NCBI GenBank assembly: GCA_963705875.1
Contig: OY970117.1
Location: forward strand, 1,316,279 to 1,380,278
Length of the DNA: 64,000 nt
Source of the DNA: an uncultured Actinomycetes bacterium
GTDB lineage: Bacteria > Actinomycetota > Thermoleophilia > Gaiellales > Gaiellaceae
Direction of reading: 5' to 3'
Positions 1 through 10,115 of the stretch are shown piece after piece. The notes below the pieces were generated by a model, which was not told the origin of the DNA, searched no databases, and saw nothing but the letters and a program-made list of their open reading frames with translations. Within the stretch, counting starts at the first letter, position 1, and every line of letters starts with the position of its first letter. A program made the translations under genes and the position numbers.

Positions 1-543
1 GCGGCCTCTCTTGCCGTTCATCGTGTCGTCGCCGCGCGTGCCCTTCTGCACCGAGCCATGGTGCTTCGGGCGGTGTCCGGCCAGGGACTTCACGCGCTCG
101 CAGTTCACCGCGACATCGCCGGGCCTGATCACCGCGCGATCCTTCCCGGGACCGCAATCGATGATGTCCGACGCCTTGTCGTCTGCGCCTGCGCCGACGA
201 AATCGTTCCCGTCGCCTGCATCGACCATGTCCGCGCCCCAACCGGTGCGGATGTCGTCGTTTCCGGTGCCTCCGTCGAGGTCGTCGTCACCGGGGCCGCC
301 GAAGAGGAGGTCGTTGCCCTCGTCGCCCGAGAGGGCGTCGGCGCCGCCCTGTCCGAGCACGACGTCGTTGCCGGCCTTGGCGGTCACGGTGTCGTTCCCG
401 GCCTTGGCCAAAACATGGTCTCGCTTGTCCGTACCCGTCAGCGTGTCGTCGCCCGGCGTCCCGTTGATCACGGCCGCACCTGCGGCGGTGATGAGGACGA
501 GTGCGGCGGCTACGGCGACGAGCAGGGGGATGGTCTTCTTCAC
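1..543 (-). CDS. secreted calcium-binding RTX-like repeat protein (N-terminal part; gene runs off the window start)
   Basis: Absent from the ORF track because no stop lies in the window. My reverse translation from GTG at 543 reads VKKTIPLLVAVAAALVLITAAGAAVINGTPGDDTLTGTDKRDHVLAKAGNDTVTAKAGNDVVLGQGGADALSGDEGNDLLFGGPGDDDLDGGTGNDDI... It has a signal-like hydrophobic N-terminus followed by G-x-x-G-N/D-D repeats. Paralogue of 28076-28649. Confidence 0.75.
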   Translation of the reverse strand, partial: MKKTIPLLVAVAAALVLITAAGAAVINGTPGDDTLTGTDKRDHVLAKAGNDTVTAKAGNDVVLGQGGADALSGDEGNDLLFGGPGDDDLDGGTGNDDIRTGWGADMVDAGDGNDFVGAGADDKASDIIDCGPGKDRAVIRPGDVAVNCERVKSLAGHRPKHHGSVQKGTRGDDTMNGKRGR

Positions 544-720
544 GGCGTCTCCTTTGGTCGCTTCGTCCGGCTCACCAAACCATTCGCGGATCAAGTCGCC
601 GTGCGGTTTCTGTAAAGAGTCCGTGGGAAGCAAAAAACTGGCATTTCCTTTACCGGACAGCAGCTTCGGGCCGTAGGGTTACGCCGTGATTCTCGAGACG
701 CCGGATCGACCGCGCCGCGG

Positions 721-2248
721 ATGGATTTCCAGCGGAACCGAACCCGCATGGAGGAGCTCGTCGCCGAGCTCCGCGAACGCACCGACGCAGGTCGCAGCAG
801 GCGGCGGCGAAACCGCGATCGAGCGGCACCGGTCGCGGGGGAAGCTTCTCGCGCGCGAGCGGATCGACCGGCTCTGCGATCCCGGCACGGCGTTCCTCGA
901 GCTGAACGCGCTCGCGGCCTGGGATCTCTACTCCGGCGACGCGCCCGCGGCCGGGATGGTCAGCGGGATCGGCGTCGTCGAGGGCCAGGAGTGCGTGATC
1001 GTCGCGAACGACGCGACCGTGAAGGGCGGCACCTACTACCCGCTCACGGTCAAGAAGCACCTGCGCGCGCAGGAGGTGGCCGAGCAGAACAACCTCCCGT
1101 GCCTCTACCTCGTCGACTCGGGCGGCGCGTTCCTCCCGCTCCAGGACGAGGTCTTTCCCGACCGGGAGCACTTCGGCCGCATCTTTTTCAACCAGGCGCG
1201 GATGTCCGCGAAGTCGATCCCGCAGATCTCGCTCGTGATGGGCTCGTGCACCGCCGGCGGCGCGTACGTCCCGGCGATGAGCGACGAGACGGTGATCGTG
1301 AAGGGCACCGGGACGATCTTCCTCGGCGGCCCGCCGCTCGTGAAGGCGGCGACCGGCGAGGAGGTGACCGCAGAGGAGCTCGGCGGCGCCGACGTCCACT
1401 CGCGCGTGTCCGGCGTGACCGACCACTACGCGACCAGCGACGAGCACGCGCTCGCGCTCGGCCGCGAGATCGTCGCGAACCTGAACCGCCGCCGGCCCGA
1501 GCTTCCGTGGGAGGCCGAGCAGCCGGAGGAGCCGCTCCACGATCCCGACGATCTCGCCGGGATCGTCCCGGAGGACTACCGCATCGGCTACGACGTGCGC
1601 GAGGTGATCGCGCGGATCGTCGACGGCTCGCGCTTCCACGAGTTCAAGCCGCTCTACGGCGACACGCTCGTCTGCGGCTTCGCGCACATCGAGGGCTTCC
1701 CGGTCGCGATCCTCGCGAACAACGGCGTCCTCTTCTCCGAGAGCGCGCTCAAGGGCGCCCACTTCGTCGAGCTCGCCTGCAAGCGCCGCGTGCCGCTCGT
1801 CTTCCTCCAGAACATCACCGGCTTCATGGTCGGCAAGGAGTACGAGTCCGGCGGCATCGCCAAGGACGGCGCCAAGCTGGTGACCGCCGTCGCCTGCGCG
1901 GAGGTGCCGAAGTTCACGGTCATCATCGGCGGCTCGTTCGGCGCCGGGAACTACGGGATGTGCGGCCGCGCCTACTCCCCGCGCCAGCTCTGGATGTGGC
2001 CGAACGCGCGCATCTCCGTGATGGGCGGCGAGCAGGCCGCCATGGTGCTCTCGACCGTGGGCGACACGGACCCGGATGAGATACGCGCGAAGTACGAGCG
2101 CGAGGGCAACCCGTACCACTCGACCGCACGCCTTTGGGACGACGGCGTCATCGACCCGCGCGATACCCGCAAGGTGCTGGCTCTCGGGATCGCCGCCAGC
2201 CTGAACGCGCCCATCCCCGACACGACGTTCGGCGTCTTCCGGATGTGA
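721..2248 (+). CDS. mccB: methylcrotonyl-CoA carboxylase carboxyltransferase (beta) subunit; frame broken by one extra base near 790
   Basis: ORF 686-2248 holds the whole carboxyltransferase core ([66 protein letters not shown]), very like MCCC2/LiuB. The family-typical N-terminus [23 protein letters not shown] lies in the frame of ORF 721-2079 and joins at about 790. Length is 1528 nt = 3n+1. Confidence 0.9.
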
Positions 2249-2607
2249 CCCGCTACAACGTCGTCGACATCGAGCAGCTCGAGGGCGAAGGCCCGGGCGG
2301 CGCCGTGCGCAAGCTGCGCCGCGAGCTCGGCGCCACGGCCTTCGGGTTCAACCATTTCCGGCTCCCGCCGGATGCCACCGGACGCGAGCACGACCATGCG
2401 GACGACGGCCAGGAGGAGGTCTACGTCGTGCTCAAGGGCTCCGGCGTCATGCGCGTGGACGACGACGAGATCGAGCTGCGCCCGGGCATCGTCGTGCGCG
2501 TGGAGGGCCTGGCGACGCGCGTTCCGATCGCCGGCGGCCAGGGGCTCGAGTTCGTCACCTTCGGCGCCCCGGTCGAAGGGCGCTACGTCCCGCCGGAGTG
2601 GGGCTAG
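2245..2607 (+). CDS. cupin-domain protein
   Basis: GTG at 2245 overlaps the mccB stop (GTGA). This is the last 120 aa of ORF 2134-2607: [14 protein letters not shown]...[54 protein letters not shown]. It is a small beta-barrel with a cupin-like H/E pattern and high GC3. Confidence 0.75.
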   Translation: MTRYNVVDIEQLEGEGPGGAVRKLRRELGATAFGFNHFRLPPDATGREHDHADDGQEEVYVVLKGSGVMRVDDDEIELRPGIVVRVEGLATRVPIAGGQGLEFVTFGAPVEGRYVPPEWG

Positions 2608-2611
2608 GCCG

Positions 2612-2941
2612 ATGCTCGTCCGCCTCGTCCTCTGGAATCTCGCCGAGTCGCAGACGACGATCGGCGAGCTGCGCCGGTACCTCCAGGACGAGGCCGTGGA
2701 TGCGTTCGAGGAGGTGCCCGGCCTGCGTCTCAAGCTCTGGCTCTCCGACGAGGTGACCGACCGCTGGGGCGCGCTCTACCTGTGGGAGTCCGCCGAGGAT
2801 GCCCAGCAGACCGTTCCGAGCCGGGCGCGCGAGCTCATCGGACGCGATCCGGACATCGCGGAGGAGTTCGATCTCGAGGCGTCGATCGAAGGGCGGTTCG
2901 TCGAGGAGCACCTGTCGCGGCTCGGCCTCGCGTTCGAGTAG
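2612..2941 (+). CDS. small YdhR/ABM-like (dimeric alpha-beta barrel) protein, function unknown
   Basis: ATG at 2612, 5 nt after the cupin stop. MLVRLVLWNLAESQTTIGELRRYLQDEAVDAFEEVPGLRLKLWLSDEVTDRWGALYLWESAEDAQ... resembles the E. coli YdhR pattern (GFLWKVW...GGIYLF...). GC3 is coding-like. Confidence 0.6.
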   Translation: MLVRLVLWNLAESQTTIGELRRYLQDEAVDAFEEVPGLRLKLWLSDEVTDRWGALYLWESAEDAQQTVPSRARELIGRDPDIAEEFDLEASIEGRFVEEHLSRLGLAFE

Positions 2942-3008
2942 GCGCCTAGAAGTCCCCGGGCGCCGGGAGTAGGGTCGGCCCATCCAGATTCAGGCAGGAG
3001 GGTCATTC

Positions 3009-4853
3009 ATGAACGTGAGTCTTCGCAAGTCGATCGTGATCGGCGCGATCGCCGCTGCAGCGCTTGCGGTGGCGAGTCCGGCGTCCGCAGCCGTCATCGA
3101 TCCTGAGCGGAACAGCACTGCGATCACCGGCTGGTGGTGGTACTACGGCCAGACCGAGGCGCAGCTGAATTCGATCGCCACCACGAACGGGGCGCGGATC
3201 GTCGACATCGAGGTCGAGTCGACGTCGCCCTACCTCTTCACGGCGGCGTTCGTGAAGAACACGGGCACGTACGCGCGCACGTGGTACTGGTACTACGGCC
3301 TGACGTCCGCGGGCGTCGCGCAGAAGATCTCGTCGCTGAACGCGCGCGTCATCGACATCGAGCGCTACACGGTGGGAGGCCAGCGGCGCTTCGCCGTCGC
3401 GATGGTGAAGAACACGGGGGCCGCGGCGAAAGGCTGGTGGTACTACTACGACGTCACGTCGACGACGCTCGCGCAGAAGCTCAACGCCAACAACGCGCGG
3501 CTCATCGATCTCGAGTCGTACACGGTGAACGGCCAGACCCGCTACTCGGCCGTGATGATCAGGAACACCGGCGTCGACGCGAAGGCGTGGTGGTGGTACC
3601 TGAACGTCACGCCGTCCTTCATCGCGTCGAAGCTGAGCGCGAACCACGCGCGTCTGATCGACATCGACCGGCGCTCCAACGGCAACTACAACGTCGTCAT
3701 GCAGAACCGGGGGAACGAGTACTGGTGGTGGTACTACAACGTCACCGCCACGAGAGTCGGCGAGCTCGCGAGCCAGAACGGCGCCCGCATCGTCGACCTC
3801 GAGAAGTACTCGACGGCGAGCGGCACGCGCTTCGCGGTGCTCATGTTGAACAACGTGAACGCGGAGACCAGCCGGCTCCGGCAGATCATGGCCAACGGCC
3901 TCGGCGGCGCGAGCTACGGCGTCTACGTGAAGAAGGTCGGCGGCAGCACCGTCGCCGGGCTCCAGCACGGGACGATCTTCGAGCCGGCCAGCATGATCAA
4001 GGTCGTCTCGCACCTGTACACGATGCGCAGGATCATGAACGGCACCGGCGGCGACACGCTCTCGACCTCGGTCGACTACTACGTGAAGCCGGGCGACACG
4101 TCGAACAAGGACGTCTGTCCCGATCCCGCCTGGGAGTCGAATGCGTCCCTGAGGGTGCCGACGACCCTCCAGGACGCGCTGACGCGGATGATGATGAACT
4201 CGGACAACCGCACCACGCGGACGTTCCAGGTTCGCTACGGCTATCCGACGCTGAACGCGTTCGTCACCGGGCTCGGGATGGCGAACACGGAGCTCCGCCA
4301 GATCCTCGGGTGCGGGTTCCAGAACGGGCTGCGCAACGACTTCACGCTGGTCGACGCCGGGAAGCTCTACGAGAGCGTCGTCAACGGCACGCAGCTCAGC
4401 GGGACCGCGCGCACGAACTTCTGGAGCATGATGGTCGGCGGCGGCGTCACGTCCTCGTCGGCGATCGGCCAGATCGTCGTGGCCGAGGCGAACGCGCTCG
4501 GCATGTCGGCGTCCAAGCGGAATTCGTTCCTCGCCAAGATGGAGACCCGCTCGAAGGGCGGGAGCTACGACATCTGCGGAACGAGCTGCAACCCGTACAC
4601 GTACATCCGCACGGTCGGCGGGCGGATCACGATCCCGAGCAAGTCTCGGGCCGGCGCGACGATCCTCAACAACTACGTCTACGGGCGCTTCGCCGACGGG
4701 CTCAACATCCCGTGCCAGGTGAAGGGCGCGAGCGAGACGACGGCGCAGGTCGAGGCGCGCTGCGCGAAGTACAAGAACGCCAACGCGGCACTGAACAAGG
4801 TCGGGTCGGAGATGTTCCGCTCGATCATCAAGTCCGCGCTGAAGACCTGGTAG
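3009..4853 (+). CDS. secreted protein: five W-rich tandem repeats (BTRD1 / polyglycine-hydrolase-like N-domain) plus a C-terminal class A beta-lactamase-fold serine hydrolase domain
   Basis: SD GGAGGG lies before the ATG. Signal peptide MNVSLRKSIVIGAIAAAALAVASPASA. Repeats are WWWYYG..ARIVDIE..F.A..V.NTG. The C-terminal domain has S-x-x-K (ASMIK, S328/K331), SDN (S398-D-N) and K-G-G (K516), spaced as in class A beta-lactamases. Confidence 0.9.
   Translation: MNVSLRKSIVIGAIAAAALAVASPASAAVIDPERNSTAITGWWWYYGQTEAQLNSIATTNGARIVDIEVESTSPYLFTAAFVKNTGTYARTWYWYYGLTSAGVAQKISSLNARVIDIERYTVGGQRRFAVAMVKNTGAAAKGWWYYYDVTSTTLAQKLNANNARLIDLESYTVNGQTRYSAVMIRNTGVDAKAWWWYLNVTPSFIASKLSANHARLIDIDRRSNGNYNVVMQNRGNEYWWWYYNVTATRVGELASQNGARIVDLEKYSTASGTRFAVLMLNNVNAETSRLRQIMANGLGGASYGVYVKKVGGSTVAGLQHGTIFEPASMIKVVSHLYTMRRIMNGTGGDTLSTSVDYYVKPGDTSNKDVCPDPAWESNASLRVPTTLQDALTRMMMNSDNRTTRTFQVRYGYPTLNAFVTGLGMANTELRQILGCGFQNGLRNDFTLVDAGKLYESVVNGTQLSGTARTNFWSMMVGGGVTSSSAIGQIVVAEANALGMSASKRNSFLAKMETRSKGGSYDICGTSCNPYTYIRTVGGRITIPSKSRAGATILNNYVYGRFADGLNIPCQVKGASETTAQVEARCAKYKNANAALNKVGSEMFRSIIKSALKTW
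3132..3866 (+). repeat. five in-frame tandem coding repeats of 45-51 codons inside CDS 3009-4853
   Basis: Repeat units start at W42, W92, W143, W194 and W239. Each unit is W-W/Y-W-Y-Y-x-x-T, then an 8-10 aa helix-like stretch, then N/G-A-R-I/L/V-I-D-I/L-E/D, then Y-T/S-x-x-G-x-x-R-F/Y-A/S-V-x-M-x-x-N-x-G. Confidence 0.85.
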
Positions 4854-4863
4854 ACGCTGCTTC

Positions 4864-4893
4864 GAGGTGGCGGAGGGAACCCTCCGCCACCTC
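4864..4893 (+). terminator. perfect 14-bp GC-rich hairpin after CDS 3009-4853
   Basis: GAGGTGGCGGAGGG-AA-CCCTCCGCCACCTC starts 11 nt after the TAG and is followed by tcacgTTTgcTTc. Confidence 0.6.
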
Positions 4894-4932
4894 TCACGTT
4901 TGCTTCTGCCGGTCGCGAAGCAAAGGTCATCC

Positions 4933-5861
4933 ATGGGGGCAGTTCTCCGTTCGGCGCTCGTCGGGCTCGCGGTCGCTGCGTTCGGGGGCGGGACCGACGC
5001 GCAGGCGGCTTCGTGCGAGCCTGCCGCGGTCTCGTATCCGTGGCCGGTCCGGCCGTTCGGCGAGGCGCATTCCGTGCGCGGGAGCCTGAACGAGCCGCGC
5101 GGCCGCAGCTTCCACTTCGGTGTCGACATCACGGCCCGCGACGGTCAGCGGGTCTTCGCCGTTCAGTCCGGGAGGGCGTACGGCGCGGCGGACCGCACGA
5201 AGGTGACCGTCGTGGGAGCGAACGGATGCTGGTCGCACCGGTACTGGCACGTCGTCCCTGCGATCGCGAACGGCTCGCGTGTCCGGGCCGGCATCTTCAT
5301 CGGACGCGTGCTCCGGCCGTTCGCGCACGTCCATTTCGCCGAGTGGGATCTGCAGCGCGGCAGGTACATCGACCCGACGCGCCGCCGGGGCGGGCTCAGC
5401 GCCGTACGGCGACACGACGAAGCCGGTGATCGCCGCGGTGGCGGCCAAGCGAAACGGCTCGACGCTGGCTCCGTCGAACGTGCGCGGGGTGGTCGACCTG
5501 GTCGTGCGCGCCTACGACACGCCCGCCGTGCCCTCTCCGGCGCCGTGGGCGCATTTCCGGACTGCGCCCGCGACGATCGGCTGGCGGCTGGTGACGTCAG
5601 GCGGTCGTGTGGCTCGCCGGTTCAGGGTCGCGTACGACGGTCGCATCAAGCTCGACGACTGCGAAGTTCTCCCGGGTCTTCGCCCCCGGCACGCGCGAGA
5701 ACGTCCGCGGCGGGAAGCCCGGCGTCTACCGCTACTGGCTCGCGCGGCGCCTGGACACGCGGCGGTTCCGCAACGGGACGTACGTGGTTCGGGTCCGGGT
5801 CGCGGACAACCACGGCAACGTCGTCTGGTCGTCGCTTCGCGTGAGGATCAGGAACCGCTGA
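4933..5861 (+). CDS. secreted M23-family (LytM-like) metallopeptidase-domain protein; two 1-nt frame breaks (about 5400 and 5662)
   Basis: Signal peptide MGAVLRSALVGLAVAAFGGGTDAQA. H-x-x-x-D (FHFGVDI) and H-x-H (HVHFAEW) motifs are present. The sequence continues in the frame of ORF 5279-5869 (PYGDTTKPVIAAVAAKRNGSTLAPSNVRGVVDLVVRAYD) and then ORF 5607-5861 (AKFSRVFAPGTRENVRGGKPGVYRYWL...VRVADNHGN). Length is 929 nt = 3n+2. Confidence 0.75.
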
Positions 5862-5881
5862 CCGCGTAGACTCGGCGCCCG

Positions 5882-6662
5882 ATGAGCGCGCTGCGAATCG
5901 AACGCGACGGGCCCGTCCTGCGGGTCACCCTGGCGAAGCCCGAGCGGCGCAACGCGTTCGACGCGGCGCTGATCGCGGAGCTTGACGGAGGCATTCGCGG
6001 ACGTCGGCGATGCGCGCGCAGTCGTGCTGGCCGGCGACGGCCCGAGCTTCTGCGCCGGCGCGGACGTCGAGTGGCAGCGCTCGTCGATCGACCTCTCGTT
6101 CGAGGAGAACGTGGAGGACGCCGGCCGGCTGCTCGCGATGCTGCAGGCGATCGACTCGTGCCCGGCGCCGGTCGTGTGCCGCGTCCACGGTTTCGCGCTC
6201 GGAGGCGGCTCGGGACTGGTGGCCTGCGCGGACATCGTCGTCGCGTCGCCCGACGCGGTCTTCGGGTTCACCGAGGTGAAGCTCGGGATCATCCCGGCGG
6301 TCATCTCGCCGTACGTCCTGGCGAAGATCGGCTCCTCGGCGCGGCGCGTGTTCATGACGGGCGAGCGCTTCGGCGCCGAGACGGCGCTGCGGATCGGACT
6401 CGTGGACGAGGTCGCCGAGGACGCGGAGGCGGAGGTCGAGCGGCTGGTCGGCGAGTTGCTCACGTCGGGGGCGGCCGCGGCCCGAGCAGCGAAGCGGCTG
6501 GTGCTGGAACCGCCGGCGTTCGACGACCTCCCGACGGTGGCCGCGCGAATGCGAACGAGCGACGAGGGCCAGGAGGGCCTGCGCGCGTTCCTGGACAAGC
6601 GCCCCGCGGACGCAGACGACGGCGCGTGGGGCGTGTTCGCGCCGAAGCCCGGCTCCGAGTAG
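5882..6662 (+). CDS. enoyl-CoA hydratase/isomerase family protein (probably methylglutaconyl-CoA hydratase by context); 1-nt frame break near 5983
   Basis: The N-terminus MSALRIERDGPVLRVTLAKPERRNAFDAALIAEL (ORF 5882-6691) joins TEAFADVGDARAVVLAGDGPSFCAGADV...GFALGGGSGLVACADI...FTEVKLGIIP (ORF 5982-6662). The extra t sits in gagcTTgacgg. Confidence 0.85.
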
Positions 6663-6795
6663 CGGGCGCTTCCCCGGGGGACCCCGGCTAGGGCACCCCA
6701 CACGCCCGAGCGTAACGTCGAAGTCCGCGCGTGTGGTGCGCAGGATCGTGCCGGATCGGTGCCAAGCAGTCCACCGCTCTGCGATGATCGGAGCC

Positions 6796-7146
6796 ATGGC
6801 CGAGCTTCAGTTCCTCAAGCTGACCGACCTTCGCCCGATGGAGCTCGTCGACGGCGTGAGCTTCCAGCCGCTCTTCGGCGAGGGCGCCCAGGTGAACCTG
6901 GTCGAGCTCGAGCCCGGTTCAGTCGTCCCGGCGCACTCGCACCCGCACGAGCAGCTCGGGATCTGCCTGCGCGGCGTCCAGATCCTCGAGATCGACGGCC
7001 AGGACCACCACGTCGGGCCGATGGACGCGTACGTGATCCCCGGCGGGATCGAGCACGGCGCGCGCTGCGGGCCCGAGGGCGCGACGGTGATCGACGTGTT
7101 CCAGCCCGTGCGCGAGGACTACAAGGAGCGCTACGAGGCCGGCTAG
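6796..7146 (+). CDS. cupin-domain protein
   Basis: GGAG lies before the ATG at 6796. MAELQFLKL...LEPGSVVPAHSHPHEQLGICLRGVQILEIDGQDHHVGPMDAYVIPGGIEHGA carries the cupin motifs G-x5-H-x-H-x3-E and P-x-G-x2-H. Confidence 0.8.
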   Translation: MAELQFLKLTDLRPMELVDGVSFQPLFGEGAQVNLVELEPGSVVPAHSHPHEQLGICLRGVQILEIDGQDHHVGPMDAYVIPGGIEHGARCGPEGATVIDVFQPVREDYKERYEAG

Positions 7147-7427
7147 AAGGTGATCACCGCCTCGCCCGCCGAGATCTGCGGCGGGTTCAGCGAGAGGTCG
7201 GAAAGGTTCTCCCGAACCCACTCCGCCGCCACGCGATTCGACTCCTCGGCGCCCGCCTGGTCGTCGAAGACGTTGACCGACACGGCGGCGCCCTCGCCGG
7301 TCGGCACGAGGTAGTACGCGCGGAACCCGGCGATCCCGCCGACCAGCCGTTCGACCTCATCCCGCTGCGCGACGAGTGCGTCGACGAGGCTCTTGCTGTC
7401 TGTCCAATACCGGAACGTCACGTACAT
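7143..7427 (-). CDS. small ABM/DUF-type alpha-beta barrel protein, function unknown
   Basis: Intact 94-aa ORF, MYVTFRYWTDSKSLVDALVAQRDEVERLVGGIAGFRAYYLVPTGEGAAVSVNVFDDQAGAEES... GC3 is coding-like. It converges on the cupin gene with a 4-nt overlap. Confidence 0.65.
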   Translation of the reverse strand: MYVTFRYWTDSKSLVDALVAQRDEVERLVGGIAGFRAYYLVPTGEGAAVSVNVFDDQAGAEESNRVAAEWVRENLSDLSLNPPQISAGEAVITF

Positions 7428-7492
7428 GTTCTCCTCCTGTTGTCGGGTCGCCTGCGGCGGAGAAAACGTACTCGCCCCCGTAAGCTCACGCC

Positions 7493-9119
7493 GTGCCCGA
7501 CGCCGTCCGGACCCTGCTCGTCGCCAACCGCGGCGAGATCGCCGCCCGCGTCTTTCGCACGGCCAAGCGCCTCGGGATGGAGACGGTGGCCGTGTACGCG
7601 CCCGACGACGAAGGCGCGCTCCACACCCGCGAGGCCGACCGAGCCGAGCCGATCGCCTCCTACCTCGAGCCGGCCGAGATCGTCGCCGCGGCCCAGCGCG
7701 CCGGCGCGGACGCCGTGCATCCGGGCTACGGCTTCCTCGCCGAGAGCCCCGCGCTGGCCGAGGCGGTCACGGCTGCCGGGCTGACCTGGGTGGGCCCGCC
7801 GCCGGACGTCATCCGCTCCGCCGGGGACAAGCTCGAGGCCAAGCGGATCGCGGCCGAGGCCGGCGTCCCCGTGATCGAGACCGGCACGCCCGAGCAGGTC
7901 GGCTTTCCGCTGATCATCAAGGCCGCGGCCGGCGGGGGCGGGCGCGGGATGCGCGTCGTCCGCTCGCCGGAGGAGCTCGACGAAGCCGTCGAGGCCGCGA
8001 AGCGCGAGGCGCTCGCCGGGTTCGGCGACGACACGGTGTTCTTCGAGCGCTACGTCGAGCGACCGCGCCACGTCGAGATCCAGCTCCTCGCCGATGCACA
8101 CGGCAACGCGATCTCGCTCGGCGAGCGCGACTGCTCCGTCCAGCGCCGCCACCAGAAGGTGCTCGAGGAGAGCCCCTCCCCCGCCGTCGACGCCGAGCTG
8201 CGCCGCGAGATGGGCGAAGCCGCCGTCGCGCTCGCCCGCGCGCTGCGCTACCAGGGCGCGGGCACGGCCGAGTTCATCCTCGGCGAGGACGGCCGCTTCG
8301 CCTTCCTCGAGCTGAACGCCCGGATCCAGGTCGAGCATCCCGTCACGGAGCTCGTCACCGGCGTCGACCTCGTGGAGCAGCAGTTGCTGGTCGCGGCCGG
8401 CGAGCCGCTCGCGCTCGAGACGCGCGATCCGGAAGGGCATGCCGTCGAGGCGCGCCTCTACGCCGAGCACCCGCTCACGTTCCTCCCCCAGGCCGGGACG
8501 ATCACGGCGCTGGAGTTCCCCGACGGCGTGCGCGTCGATGCCGGCGTCGCGGCGGGGGACGAGGTGCCGGTCGCCTACGACCCGATGATCGCGAAGCTCG
8601 TCGCAACGGGAGAGACCCGCGACGAGGCGCTCGACCGGCTCGCCGCCTCGTTGGCCGCGACCCGCGTCGCGGGCGTCGTCACGAACCTGCCCTTCCTGCG
8701 CTGGCTCGTCGATCACCCGGCGTTCCGCGCCGGCGACGCGACGACGGCGTTCCTCACGGAGAACCCGCCGCTGCACCGCTACCCGCGCGTGCCGCCGGTC
8801 TGGCGGAGCTACTGGCGTGTGAACCGCGACCCGGCCCAGCCTGTGCCGGCGCCGCAGCCTCCGCCTGTGTTGGAGACGAGCTGCCCACGGCGGAGCGACC
8901 GGCGAGCCGACCATCGCCGCTCCGATGCCGGGCACCGTGATCCGCGTGCTCGTCTCCGAGGGCGACAGCGTCGAGGCGCGGCAGCCGCTCGTCGTCGTCG
9001 AGGCGATGAAGATGGAGACGCCGCTCGTCTCGCCGTTCGACGGGACCGTGAAGGCCGTGCACGTCGCCGAGGGCGACCGCGTCACCGCCGGCATGGTGCT
9101 CGTCGAGCTCGCGGACTGA
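7493..9119 (+). CDS. mccA: biotin carboxylase plus biotin-carboxyl-carrier subunit of an acyl-CoA carboxylase (methylcrotonyl-CoA carboxylase alpha by context); 1-nt frame break near 8878
   Basis: ORF 7493-9247 has the ATP-grasp biotin carboxylase (LLVANRGEIA, KAAAGGGGRGMR, ELNARIQVEHPVTE). The biotinyl domain with the AMKME motif is ORF 8925-9119 in the next frame. Length is 1627 nt = 3n+1. Confidence 0.9.
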
Positions 9120-9143
9120 CCGCTTCCGAGCGCGGCATCCGTC

Positions 9144-9263
9144 GACCTAGTAACAGTCTGTTGCTAACTCCTGAAGGTCGCGCAACCCCGCTTGAGCGCT
9201 CGGGTTGCGTCCACCCGGACTTAGTAACAGTCTGCAACTTGGGATAGATCCGCGCGAAGTCGT
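9144..9263 (+). repeat. extragenic repeat family 1, copy 1 (120 nt; two GACyTAGTwrCAGTCTG half-sites 74 nt apart around a GC hairpin)
   Basis: gacctagtaacagtctgttgct (9144-9165), hairpin cgcaacccc-N-ggggttgcg-like (9181-9209) and gacttagtaacagtctgcaacttgggatagatccgcgcgaagtcgt (9218-9263). The reverse complement recurs at 14836-14955. It lies between the convergent mccA and SDR genes. Confidence 0.8.
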
Positions 9264-9289
9264 GCGCGTTTCGTGGGGTTCTCGTGCGA

Positions 9290-10042
9290 CTAGGTCGCGA
9301 CGACGAGCCCGCCGTCCACGGCGAGGTTCGCGCCGGTGATGTACGACGCCTCGGGCGACAGGAGAAACGCGCACGCACGCGCGAACTCGTCGGTCCCGCC
9401 GAACCGCCCGGCCGGGACGAGCGACGCCATCGCGGCGCGCTCCTCCTCCACCGACACTCCGCGCGCCTCGGCGCGGGCGACCAGCACCGACTCGCCGCGC
9501 TCGGTGTCGAACCGGCCCGGCGACACGGCGTTCACGCGAACCGCCGGCGCGAGCGCGCGTGCCAGCGCGCCGACGAGCGCGGCGACGCCCGGCCGCAGGA
9601 CGTTCGACGCGTCCAGTCCGGGGATCGGCTTCCGCGTGGACGACGAGGCGACGAACACGACCGACGCCCCGTCCGAGAACTTCGGCGTGAGCGCCCGCAC
9701 CAGCCGGATCGGGCCGGCGATGCAGAGCTCGAACGCCGTGTGCCACTGCTCGTCCGTGAGGTCGAGCATGTTCCCGGCCGGCGGGCCGCCCTGGTTCACG
9801 AGCGCGCCGTCGATCGAGCCGCCGAGCTGCTCGTCCACCGCACGCGCGACCACCTCGGCGCCCTCGGCCGAGCCGAGATCGGCGGCGACCGACAACGCCC
9901 GCTCGCCCAGCGCCGCGACCGCCTCGGCGAGCGAATCCTCGTTGCGCGCGACCAGCAGCACCCGGTCTCCGCGGCGCACCAGCTCGTCCGCGACCGCGCG
10001 CCCAAGGCCCCGGCTTCCGCCCCCGATCACGTAGCTGCGCAC
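9290..10042 (-). CDS. short-chain dehydrogenase/reductase (SDR) family oxidoreductase
   Basis: Intact 250-aa ORF with a VIGGGSRGLGRAV glycine-rich nucleotide-binding motif near the N-terminus and the C-terminal ASYITGANLAVDGG signature. Confidence 0.9.
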   Translation of the reverse strand: MRSYVIGGGSRGLGRAVADELVRRGDRVLLVARNEDSLAEAVAALGERALSVAADLGSAEGAEVVARAVDEQLGGSIDGALVNQGGPPAGNMLDLTDEQWHTAFELCIAGPIRLVRALTPKFSDGASVVFVASSSTRKPIPGLDASNVLRPGVAALVGALARALAPAVRVNAVSPGRFDTERGESVLVARAEARGVSVEEERAAMASLVPAGRFGGTDEFARACAFLLSPEASYITGANLAVDGGLVVAT

Positions 10043-10115
10043 GATGCGTATTAGACCGTGTTTCGGAACGGGCCGGGTCGGTACGAGTCAGGGGCAGCAA
10101 ACGAAGGGGGACAAC

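Noticed and set aside
3003-5132. 709-aa ORF antisense to the beta-lactamase-fold gene. Similar long antisense ORFs occur at 650-2119, 9147-10661, 13512-14708, 19850-21337, 23652-25379, 40453-43080, 55667-57937 and 60962-63049.
   Set aside because: These are shadow ORFs typical of ~70 percent GC DNA. Their translations are Arg/Ala/Gly/Asp/Pro-rich with no motifs, and their codon third positions are not GC-enriched. Each is fully covered by an opposite-strand or other-frame gene with clear family signatures.
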